From an uncultured Actinomycetota bacterium (GTDB taxonomy: Bacteria > Actinomycetota > Actinomycetes > Actinomycetales > Dermatophilaceae): a stretch of DNA of 64,000 nucleotides. The notes below the pieces were generated by a model, which was not told where the DNA came from, did not search any database, and saw only the letters and a program-made list of their open reading frames with translations. The stretch is taken from the NCBI GenBank assembly GCA_963726675.1, contig CAVSDQ010000016.1, positions 131,126 to 195,125 of the forward strand. The letters are read 5' to 3'. The position numbers and the translations under genes were made by a program. Positions 55,588-64,000 of this stretch are shown here, piece after piece (the stretch's first letter is position 1; each line of letters opens with the position of its first letter).

Positions 55588-56841
55588 ATGACGAAGGTAC
55601 CGGTTCATCGCGACGGGGGTTCATCCTCCCAACGGCAGAGCGGTCGACGGCCCCCGCTCGAAGGCGTGCGCGTGCTGACTCTCGAGAACTTCATCGCCGC
55701 GCCCGTCGCCACGATGTGGCTCGCCGACGCCGGCGCAGACGTCGTCAAGGTCGAGCGCCCGGGAACGGGCGACGCGTCCCGCGGAGTCGAGCCGCGACGC
55801 GCGAGCGGCGAGGAGGATCGAAGCCTGTCCTTCATCCGTGCCAATCGCAACAAGCGGAGCATCGAACTCGACCTCAAGCAGAGCGGAGACCGGGGAACGT
55901 TCGACGCGCTTCTGGCCGCTTCCGACGTCTTCATCGAGAACCTGCGCCCGACAGCCCTTGAGCAGTTGGGATTGAGCTACGCGGCCGTTCGTGCGATCAA
56001 TCCCAGCATCATCTACGGCGCCATCTCCGGCTTCGGATTGCCGGAGTTCAATGGCGGCGACCTGCCTTTCCTCCCAGCCCTCGACATCGTCGCTCAGGCG
56101 ATGGGCGGGCTGCTCTTCCGCGCGGAGGGTTCCGAGCACGGGCCCGTCTATTCGGGATTCCCTCTTGCGGACATCTGCGCGTCCACGAACTTGCAGAGCG
56201 CGGTCTATCAGGCGTTGTACCACCGTGAACGAACCGGCGAGGGTGCGTGCATCGACATTTCCATGCTCGATGGCGTCGTCGCCATCAACGAGCTGGTGCT
56301 CATCATGTATGACGCCCTTGGGAAGATCGCCTCTCCTGGACAGCACGGGTTGGCGGCGCCGTTCGGGACCTACGCCACGGCCGACGGCTATGTGGTGATC
56401 GCGGTACTGGGCGAGCCCGTCTGGCAGCGCTTCACCCGCGCCATGGGGATGGAGGAGCTCATCGCCATCCCTGGATTCGCCAGCGGAATCTCGCGACACG
56501 AGCACAAGCAGCAGCTCGACGAGTACATCAATCGTTGGCTGTCGGACAAGTCCACCGAAGCCGTCCTGGCGTGCCTGCTCGACTACGACGTCCCCGCAAG
56601 CGCTGTACTGAACATCCCCGACGTGGTCAAGATCGACAACCTGCACGATCGCGGAATGATCCTCAATCTCGATGATCCCGCCTGGGGGAAGGTCCAGATG
56701 GCAGGCAACCCCATCAACTCCTCCCTAATGCCCGACACGCCGACCAGACCCGCGCCGAGGCTGGGGGCCCACACGGAAGAGGTTCTTGCTGAGTGGCTCG
56801 GTGTCTCCGCGCCAGCGCGCACCTCCGCCACGCCTGGTTAG
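55588..56841 (+). CDS. Family III CoA transferase (CaiB/BaiF)
   Basis: LADAGADVVKVE, NRNKRS, ENLRP, LADI, APRLGAHT. Confidence 0.92.
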   Translation: MTKVPVHRDGGSSSQRQSGRRPPLEGVRVLTLENFIAAPVATMWLADAGADVVKVERPGTGDASRGVEPRRASGEEDRSLSFIRANRNKRSIELDLKQSGDRGTFDALLAASDVFIENLRPTALEQLGLSYAAVRAINPSIIYGAISGFGLPEFNGGDLPFLPALDIVAQAMGGLLFRAEGSEHGPVYSGFPLADICASTNLQSAVYQALYHRERTGEGACIDISMLDGVVAINELVLIMYDALGKIASPGQHGLAAPFGTYATADGYVVIAVLGEPVWQRFTRAMGMEELIAIPGFASGISRHEHKQQLDEYINRWLSDKSTEAVLACLLDYDVPASAVLNIPDVVKIDNLHDRGMILNLDDPAWGKVQMAGNPINSSLMPDTPTRPAPRLGAHTEEVLAEWLGVSAPARTSATPG

Positions 56842-56989
56842 CCACTCCGCCCATCGCGCGGCGGCAGTCGACGTTCGCGCCTGGGATTGGTGACCGACAG
56901 GCTGCGATCTGACGCTGCTGAGCGGACCATGGCGAGCGTATCCATGATGGGGTCGTTCAGCCCCACTTGGAGTGAGCGGAGCACCTGCT

Positions 56990-57500
56990 CCCTCATCGCA
57001 ATGCTCCGGGAGACTGACCCTTGCCCCGGGGACGAATGCCTCGCATGCGTGCGGGACGTTCGGTGTGACGTGCACCCGGCGCTGATCCCAGCCTTCAGAA
57101 GCCCCTGCGCCGCACGAGGTTCTCGTCCCGAAGGGTGTCGAGCTCACCCACCTCGATGCAGGCCGACGGCAGTCCCGCGATTCCGACACACGCGCTGCAG
57201 CAGCGTAAGGCAAGACTTTCGGGGTGCCCATGGCCTCACCGAGCAGGGCCGCCCACCCGGTGACGCTTGTCGTCCCAACTCCAGGGATCCAGGTTGTGAA
57301 CGTCGGGTCGGGGTCGTGTTCCCCTCCTCGAGCATCGGATAGATCAAGATCTGCTTGCCGATGGCAGGAACGCCGTGATCCCGGGCGTAGATGGCCATGC
57401 TCGCCGCGACCCGCCATCGCCGCGGTCGCCCATCGCGGCGATGCGACTCGGGTCGACGGCCCCCTCCCCGGCCCGCGTCGTCCAGCCAGCGGAATGCCGG
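56990..57500 (-). pseudogene. Degraded HSL esterase homologous to 51752-52702
   Basis: ASMAIYARDHG...QILIYPML..NTTP and NVPHACEAFVP vs ASLAIYARDHD...QILVYPMLDDRNTTP and GVPHGFDVFVP. Confidence 0.7.
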
Positions 57501-57511
57501 GTAGAGGGTGA

Positions 57512-58714
57512 TCAGCGCGTGGTAGCCCGGCGGCGGAAGTAGCCGTCGAGCGCGACGGCGATGACCAGAATGATCCCCTTGACGACGTTCTGGGCGTAGC
57601 TGGAGACGCCAAGTAGCGACATGCCGTTGTCGATGGTCGCGAGCAGGAACGCTCCCAAGATGGCTCCGCGGATCGAACCGATTCCGCCGCGCAGCGATGA
57701 TCCACCGATGACGGCGGCAGCGATCGCCACCAGTTCCAGACTGGTGCCGGCATCGGGTCCAGCCACGCCCGCGCGGGCGGTCAGCATGGTGCCGGCGATC
57801 CCGTAGATCGCACCCATGATCACGAAGCCGATGAGGACAAGTCGGTTGGCGTTGATGCCCGCGTAGAGCGCTGCTTCGCGGTTCGATCCGAGCAGGAAGA
57901 TGCGGCGCCCGAGTTTGGCGCGGCCGAGGACTGCGTTGAGCAGGATTGCCACGACGGTGATCCACAGGACCGCGTTAGGCAGACCGCTGACGGTCTGGCC
58001 GACCCACACCACGACGGCTGCGACGACGATGTAGACCAGCAGGCGGACCAGTGGTCCCAGAATCCCGGTCGCGCGCCCCGCGTTCCGCCGCGATGCGAAC
58101 AGCTGCCATACGCCGTACGCCAACACGAGGGCAGCGAGCGCCCACACCATCACCGTTGACATCCGCCCCTCGGTCACGTCGATGAAGTCGTTGGTGACCG
58201 GGCCGATGGGGATGGCGTTGACCCACAGGAGTCCGATGCCGCGCCAGAGGAGGAATCCTGCCAAGGTCACGATGAACGCGGGCACCTGGAACCAGGTGAT
58301 GACCAAGCCTTGGATGAGACCAAGACCGATGCCGAACGCCACGCCGGCCAGGATGCTCGTGATCACGCTCCAGCCGGCTACCTGGCACTGGGCGACGATC
58401 AGACCGGCGAAGAAGGCTGCGCTTCCGACGGACAGGTCGATCTCGCCCATGATGATCAGCAGCGCCATTCCGCAGGCGACCACAGCGACCACGGCGGTCT
58501 GCCGTAGAAGCAGCGAGGCGTTGGACGAGGTGATGAACAGCCCGTCGGACACCTGCTGGAAGTAGAAGATGAGGAGGAGGGCGGCAGCCGTCAGAACGAT
58601 CGACCGTGACATCACGAGAGAGGCCAGCTTCGCGCCGACGGATCGAGGGCTGCTTGACCCCGCGGTCGCGGTGGAGATCTGGGTGACCGGACGATCACTG
58701 TTCTGGGTGGTCAT
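57512..58714 (-). CDS. Sugar ABC transporter permease (XylH/RbsC type)
   Basis: GEIDLSVGS, VPAFIVTL, GSNREAA..AGI, IAAAVIGG. Confidence 0.92.
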   Translation of the reverse strand: MTTQNSDRPVTQISTATAGSSSPRSVGAKLASLVMSRSIVLTAAALLLIFYFQQVSDGLFITSSNASLLLRQTAVVAVVACGMALLIIMGEIDLSVGSAAFFAGLIVAQCQVAGWSVITSILAGVAFGIGLGLIQGLVITWFQVPAFIVTLAGFLLWRGIGLLWVNAIPIGPVTNDFIDVTEGRMSTVMVWALAALVLAYGVWQLFASRRNAGRATGILGPLVRLLVYIVVAAVVVWVGQTVSGLPNAVLWITVVAILLNAVLGRAKLGRRIFLLGSNREAALYAGINANRLVLIGFVIMGAIYGIAGTMLTARAGVAGPDAGTSLELVAIAAAVIGGSSLRGGIGSIRGAILGAFLLATIDNGMSLLGVSSYAQNVVKGIILVIAVALDGYFRRRATTR

Positions 58715-60313
58715 GTCAGCGTGGCTCCCGTCGCGGCGGACAGCAGGTCGTGGGCGGTTGCGCCCGGGGTGAACTCGCCGCGGATGCGGCACTTGTACAT
58801 CACGAGGATGCGATCGGCTTCGGTCAGTACCTCGTCCACGTCGCTCGAGATGAGAAGGACTCCGACCTTCAGCTCGCGGGCCACAGTGCGGATGAGCTGA
58901 TAGATGTCGCGGCGAGCCCCCACGTCGACGCCGAGGGTCGGCTCGTCGAGGATGAGCACCTTCAGCCCCTTGATCAGGGATCGGCCGAACAGGACTTTCT
59001 GCTGGTTGCCGCCACTGAGTGCATCGATCGCGATCCCGGGACGGGACGGGCGGACGCCCAGGCGTTGGATGAAGTCCTCGACGCGGTCACGCTCTGCCGG
59101 TGCATCCACGAGCAGCCCCATCGCGGAGAGCTCGTCGAGCATGGCCACCGTCATGTTCGACGCGACGGACTGTTCCTGGAACACGCCCTGCGACTTGCGG
59201 TCCTCCACCAGCAGCGACAGGCCGCGCTTGAGTGCCTGTCGAGGGCTGCCGGCAAGGCCCTGCACGCCGCCCATGGCAACGTTTCCGCTGACCGGGCCCG
59301 GCCAAGCTCCGTACAGGGCGCGGCCCAGTTCGGTGCGTCCCGCACCGACCAGACCGTACAGACCCACGATCTCGCCGGGGTACACGTCGAGGCTGACGTC
59401 GAGCACGCGAGGTCGCAACCGCCGGTCGTCGACATAGACTGACATGTTCTCCACGTGGAGCGCGGGCTGGTGACCATCCCGGACGAACACGTCGTGGTGG
59501 GCGATCTCCTGGATCGCCGAGTACGTCTCGCCGAGCATGGCGCTGACGAGTTCGCCCTGAGGGGGCACCGACTCGAACTCGGCCACCAGCCGTCCGTTGC
59601 GCAGCACCATCACCTCGTCGGCGAGCTGCCTGACCTCGTCCAGACGGTGGGTGATGTAGATGATCCCGACGCCGGCTCGACGGAAGCCGCGAAGCTGCTC
59701 GAGGAGCACCGTGGCTTCTGAATCGGTGAGTGCCGCGGTCGGCTCATCGAGGATGAGCACTCGCGCCGATCGGTGAAGCGCTGCGGCAAGCACTGCGAGC
59801 CGTCGCTCCGACGGCGTGAGCGTCGAGGCGGGAGCTCGAGGGTCCGCCTGCAGGCCGAAGACCTCCAGCGCCTCACGTGCGTCGTTCACGGCCTTGCCTT
59901 CGTCGTAGAGCCCTCTTTGTCCAGGGAGCCGCCCCGCGAACATGTTCTCCGCGATGGTCAGGTGCGGCACGACGTGCAGCTCCTGAGGAACCAGGACGAC
60001 GCCGGACTCGTCGCTGGCCCGAAGCGAGGAGAACTCCACGGCCTGGCCAGCGAGCTCGATCGGTCCCCGAGTAACTCCCGTGGGCGATGACGCCGCTGAG
60101 GATCTTCACCAGAGTTGACTTGCCGGCGCCGTTCTCACCCACTACCGCGAGCACCTGACCCTCCTGGAGCGTCAGATCGACGTCGCTGAGAACCGTGGTG
60201 CTCCCGTAAGCCTTGGTCAGGGACCGGGCGGCGAGAATCGCCGTCCGGTCCCTGACCGAAGGCACAGAGCCCTCGGAGGGTCGAGCATCATCCACAGTTG
60301 TTGACCGCTCCAC
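58711..60313 (-). CDS. Sugar ABC transporter ATP-binding protein (one frameshift near 60060)
   Basis: GENGAGKSTL, LDEPTAAL, LSGGNQQK, DEPTLGVDVGA. Confidence 0.9.
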
Positions 60314-61430
60314 CGCTGAAGACCTTGTCGGTCGTGGTCCAACCCGGAGGCATGTACTTGTCGATGTACTCGCAGAGGGTGTCCTTGGTGACCGAGAAGA
60401 GGGGCGGGTTGATCACCGGCGCGCCGCTGGCCGAGGTCGAGTCCTGCTTAGGGGTCTCGGTGCCGGCTATGAACGAGTGAGCGATGTCGGCGGCGTCCTT
60501 GGCCATCGCGTCGTAGGCAGTCCAGGTCGTTTGCCCCTGCCAGCCCTGCGCGATGTACGTCAGGCTCGCCGGAGAGGCGTCACTGCCTGTCGAGAACACT
60601 GCCCCGGCCGGCTTGCCGGCCGACTTCATTGCCTGAGCCACGGCCTGCGCGCAGTTGTCCCACATGCACAGGAAGGCATCGAGGTTCGGCTCCTTCTGGA
60701 GGGCGGCCTCGGCTTCCTTCTGCGCTGTGGCCTGGTCCCAACCCGGGGTGGTGACGTCATACACGACGTTGACCTTGGGGTTGTTCTTCATCAACTTGTC
60801 GTACGACTGGCCCATCTCACCCTCGGCCGGAGTGGCCGGGTCGCCTCGAATGATGGCGACCTTGGCAGCGCGGTCCGTGGGCAGGTGGTCCAGCAGTGAC
60901 TGCGCCTGCTGCTCACCCATCGCCACGTTGTTTCGGGTGATCACGTAGTCGGCCTTGGCGTCGACGTCGTTGTCGTACGCGATGACCTTGATGCCCTGCT
61001 GCTGGGCCTGCTTGATCAGCGGGGTGAACGCCTTGGCGTCGTTGGCGTTGAGGATCAGCACCTTGATGCCGCGCTGCATCATGCTCTGGATCTGGCTGAT
61101 CTGCGTCTGCAGGTTGTTGTTCGAGAAGTTCGAGATCACCTCGTCGCAGTTCGCTTTGGCGACCTCCTTGATCTTCTGCTCCTCGAACACGAAGCGCGCG
61201 ACCTGCTGGCTCACCAGCGAGAGACCGATCTTCCCGCACTTAGAGGATTCCGAGCCGGACGGCGCCGGGGTTCCACTGGAACCGCTCCCGGAACTGCTAC
61301 TGCATGCGGCGAGCGCCAGCGCTGCGGCGCCGACCACCGCCACCAGGCCGGCACGCAGCCAACGGTCAGCGGACTGCGACGAGCGCCCGCCAACCGAGCT
61401 ACGCCCGCCGATCAGAGACCTAACGGCCAT
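60288..61430 (-). CDS. Sugar ABC substrate-binding lipoprotein (XylF-like)
   Basis: LAAC lipobox, Ser-rich linker, VIAYD, IRGDP, WD, TGSD. Confidence 0.88.
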   Translation of the reverse strand: MAVRSLIGGRSSVGGRSSQSADRWLRAGLVAVVGAAALALAACSSSSGSGSSGTPAPSGSESSKCGKIGLSLVSQQVARFVFEEQKIKEVAKANCDEVISNFSNNNLQTQISQIQSMMQRGIKVLILNANDAKAFTPLIKQAQQQGIKVIAYDNDVDAKADYVITRNNVAMGEQQAQSLLDHLPTDRAAKVAIIRGDPATPAEGEMGQSYDKLMKNNPKVNVVYDVTTPGWDQATAQKEAEAALQKEPNLDAFLCMWDNCAQAVAQAMKSAGKPAGAVFSTGSDASPASLTYIAQGWQGQTTWTAYDAMAKDAADIAHSFIAGTETPKQDSTSASGAPVINPPLFSVTKDTLCEYIDKYMPPGWTTTDKVFSGGAVNNCG

Positions 61431-61564
61431 GGGATCTTCCCTTCACATCGGACATACGACGACACGGACCACACCCACCCAGCTCGTCGGTCGATCTGTG
61501 CACCGTCGCGGAGTCTCTTGATGTCCACGCTGACTGCCTCAGCCGCATTGCTGGAGTGACGCAG

Positions 61565-61577
61565 AACATATATCATG
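61565..61577. promoter_or_regulatory. Operator-like site upstream of the ABC operon
   Basis: AACATATATCATG shares the 11-mer CATATATCATG with 55427-55437. Confidence 0.55.
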
Positions 61578-61721
61578 CATGAAACATGGTCAAGGCTTCC
61601 GGCCAGCAGGTTGTGGCGGCGAGACCGACTTGTTACCTGCGCGACTTGCTACCTGCCAATCAGGAGCAGCACGCGCCGTGGCACGCAAGGTCCAGCCGCA
61701 TCGCCGACTCATGTGATGGCC

Positions 61722-62483
61722 TCAACGGTTGTTGAAGGCCGCACGGGTTCCGCCGTCGACGGGGAGCACCACTCCGTTGATGTACCGAGCCTGGCTGCTC
61801 AGCAGGAACACGACGGCGTCAGCGACATCCGCCGGCTCGGCGATCCTTCCCAGTGGCGAGACGCCGGAGGACTTGAACCCGACCGCTTGCCCGTCGCCCA
61901 TCGCCTTCGAGGACATGCCCGTGTTCGTGGGTCCCGGTGCCACCGCGTTGACGGTGATGCCTGAAGGTCCCAGCTCGACCGAGAACACCTGTGCCAGGAC
62001 GTGAAGAGCCGCCTTGGTCGCCGCGTAGGCACCGCCGGCGATCTTGGGCCGGATGCCGGCAATCGATCCAAGGACGACGACGCGCGCGGGGTCACCTTTG
62101 GTCGCAGCCGCCCGCAGTGAGGGAATGGTCTCTCGGATCACCAGCCACGGAGCTCGTACGTTCACATCGAACATCAGGTCGACGTCTTCGATCGACGCGT
62201 GCTCGAGTTCCCCGACCTTGACCACCCCGGCGCTGCACACAACTGCATGCAGCACCCCCGCCTCACTGACCACCGCCTTGACTGCGGTGACGAGGTCGTC
62301 GGCAACGCGGAGGTCACAGCGCAGGAACCGCACACGGGGCGAAGCATTCACCGACCCCAGGTAGTCGTCCCGGTCGAGTACCCATACCTGCCAACCGTCG
62401 GCGGTCAGCTGCTCGACCGTCTGATGCCCGATCCCTGCAGATCCACCAGTGACCAGCGCGTTCTTTCGTGGAGCATGCGACAT
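61722..62483 (-). CDS. SDR oxidoreductase
   Basis: TGGSAGIG, YAATK, VNAVAPG, VDGG. Confidence 0.9.
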   Translation of the reverse strand: MSHAPRKNALVTGGSAGIGHQTVEQLTADGWQVWVLDRDDYLGSVNASPRVRFLRCDLRVADDLVTAVKAVVSEAGVLHAVVCSAGVVKVGELEHASIEDVDLMFDVNVRAPWLVIRETIPSLRAAATKGDPARVVVLGSIAGIRPKIAGGAYAATKAALHVLAQVFSVELGPSGITVNAVAPGPTNTGMSSKAMGDGQAVGFKSSGVSPLGRIAEPADVADAVVFLLSSQARYINGVVLPVDGGTRAAFNNR

Positions 62484-62606
62484 GAGTCCGTCCAGACCTT
62501 GAAAGTGAGGCTTCGACGATATTGAATATACAAAATACCTGTCCCGGCGGTGGGCACTCTCACCCCACCCTCGGGCCATCGTCCGACCGAACAAGGAGCG
62601 CTCCCG

Positions 62607-63377
62607 ATGACCGATCCCACCTACGACTTCAGCGACCGGGTCGCGTTCATCACCGGCGCCAGCTCGGGTATGGGTGCTGAGACCGCTCGCTGGTTCGCTC
62701 GGGCCGGGGCCGCGGTTGTCCTTGCCGACATCACGGCGGAACCTCTGCGGGAGCTGGCTGAGGAGCTGACGAGCGGAGGCGCAGCAGCCGTGGCTGTGCC
62801 GTGCGACGTGGCCGACGAGGAGCAGGTGGCGCACGCGGTGTCCGTGGCCGACCGGCAGTTCGGGCGTCTTGACTTCGCATTCAACGCCGCAGGGATTCAG
62901 GTGCCCGCCGTCGATCTAGCCGATGAGGAAGCGAAGTACTTCGATCGCATCACCGGCGTGAACCTGCGCGGCACGTGGGCCGCCATGAAGCACGAGCTGA
63001 ACATCATGCGACGTCAGGGGTCTGGAGCGATCGTGAACTGCTCCTCGATCAGCGGCCTCATCGGTAACCCGAAGCTGGCAGCCTACGACGGCACGAAGTT
63101 CGGCATCATTGGGCTCACCAAGAGCGTGGCGCTCGATTACGCCGCGCGCGGGGTGCGGGTCAACGTGATCTGTCCTGGCACCATTGATACTCCGATGGTC
63201 AGTCGCATGGTCAATGCTGGAGAGCTTTCCTGGGAGGACCTCATCGGCAACCTTCCGATGGGACGTGTCGGCATGCCTTCCGAGATCGCGTCAGTCGTAC
63301 TCTGGCTGTGCAGCTCGGGATCGAGTTTCATCACAGGGGTCGCCATCCCCGTCGATGGTGGGTTCACTTCCCAGTAG
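62607..63377 (+). CDS. SDR oxidoreductase
   Basis: TGASSGMG, NAAG, YDGTK, VICPG, VDGG; AAGGAG RBS. Confidence 0.92.
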   Translation: MTDPTYDFSDRVAFITGASSGMGAETARWFARAGAAVVLADITAEPLRELAEELTSGGAAAVAVPCDVADEEQVAHAVSVADRQFGRLDFAFNAAGIQVPAVDLADEEAKYFDRITGVNLRGTWAAMKHELNIMRRQGSGAIVNCSSISGLIGNPKLAAYDGTKFGIIGLTKSVALDYAARGVRVNVICPGTIDTPMVSRMVNAGELSWEDLIGNLPMGRVGMPSEIASVVLWLCSSGSSFITGVAIPVDGGFTSQ

Positions 63378-63921
63378 GCGCTTGCGCGCCGCCCGCCCGG
63401 GTGATGTCTTGGGAGCAACGTCACATCCGAGGGCATGCGGAACGAAGGGTCTGCACGGGCCGTGACCCAGGCCCACTCGCTGTCTGCGCCGCTGGTGCGC
63501 GCTGAAGCGATCGGTGTCGTCCCACTGACGGCGTGAGCGATGGTCACATCCACATGACCGAGCCACTCATCGCCACGATCACTACAAGCGTCCCTGGCCG
63601 GCCCGCCAGCGCATCAACGGCGGGTACGCCATGATGCCGGCGCACGCCACTGGCACCTAGCACCGGTCCAGAGTCTCAGGGACTCTTGAGCAGGCATTGC
63701 TCGTCGGCGACCGTGGCCTAGCAGTAGCCGCGATGGGTGAGGGTTCCTCGAGGTCGCGTTCGGCGCAACTGGAGGCCGCCATTCAGGCAGGGCCGCCCGT
63801 GGCCCACCAGTCACCGCTCAAAACACGGCACGACGGGTCGCGCGTGATGATATATTATGTCTACTCTGTGCGTACGGCCGCCTTCTTGGAGGCAAGACAT
63901 CAGTTGCGAAGGAGCCCATCG

Positions 63922-64000
63922 GTGATCCGACACACAGTTCTTCTGCGGTTCTTCGAAGACGTCTCCGACCAGGCCGTTGGAGCATTCATGGCCGGGGTTC
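63922..64000 (+). CDS. Dabb (stress-responsive A/B barrel) family protein, 3'-partial
   Basis: AAGGAG RBS, then GTG-IRHTVLLRF, typical of Dabb N-termini. Confidence 0.55.
   Translation, partial: MIRHTVLLRFFEDVSDQAVGAFMAGV

Larger units (their letters stand above)
40768..64000. mobile_element. Integrative genomic island next to the menB 3' end; extends beyond the window
   Basis: Integrase and excisionase at the boundary, more A/T at third codon positions, pseudogene debris, loss of the host GGATGCC motif. Confidence 0.85.

Overview
High-GC actinobacterial chromosome (Micrococcales/Intrasporangiaceae-like gene content) in two parts. (1) 1-40767, core genome: a GH38/GH3 glycosidase ORF, small metabolic genes, a complete nuoA-N (complex I) operon broken by many frameshifts (probably sequencing indels), and the menaquinone cluster (polyprenyl synthase, menG, menF, menJ, menD, menC, menB) with mycothione reductase, a WXG100-like/lipase pair and several REP-like repeats. 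(2) 40768 to the window end, a visibly lower-GC genomic island starting at the menB 3' end: tyrosine integrase, excisionase, remnants of a replication ATPase, IS256 and other decayed genes, then an intact CoA-dependent catabolic cluster (3 family III CoA transferases, 2 acyl-CoA dehydrogenases, MaoC hydratase, CitE-type lyase, esterase, sugar-type ABC importer, 2 SDRs) whose intergenic regions share an AT-rich operator-like motif. Other highlights: Rex and IdeR/DtxR-like boxes at the nuo promoter, and a heptamer (GGATGCC/GGCATCC) common in the host part but nearly absent from the island. All calls come from reading motifs by eye; no database searches were run.
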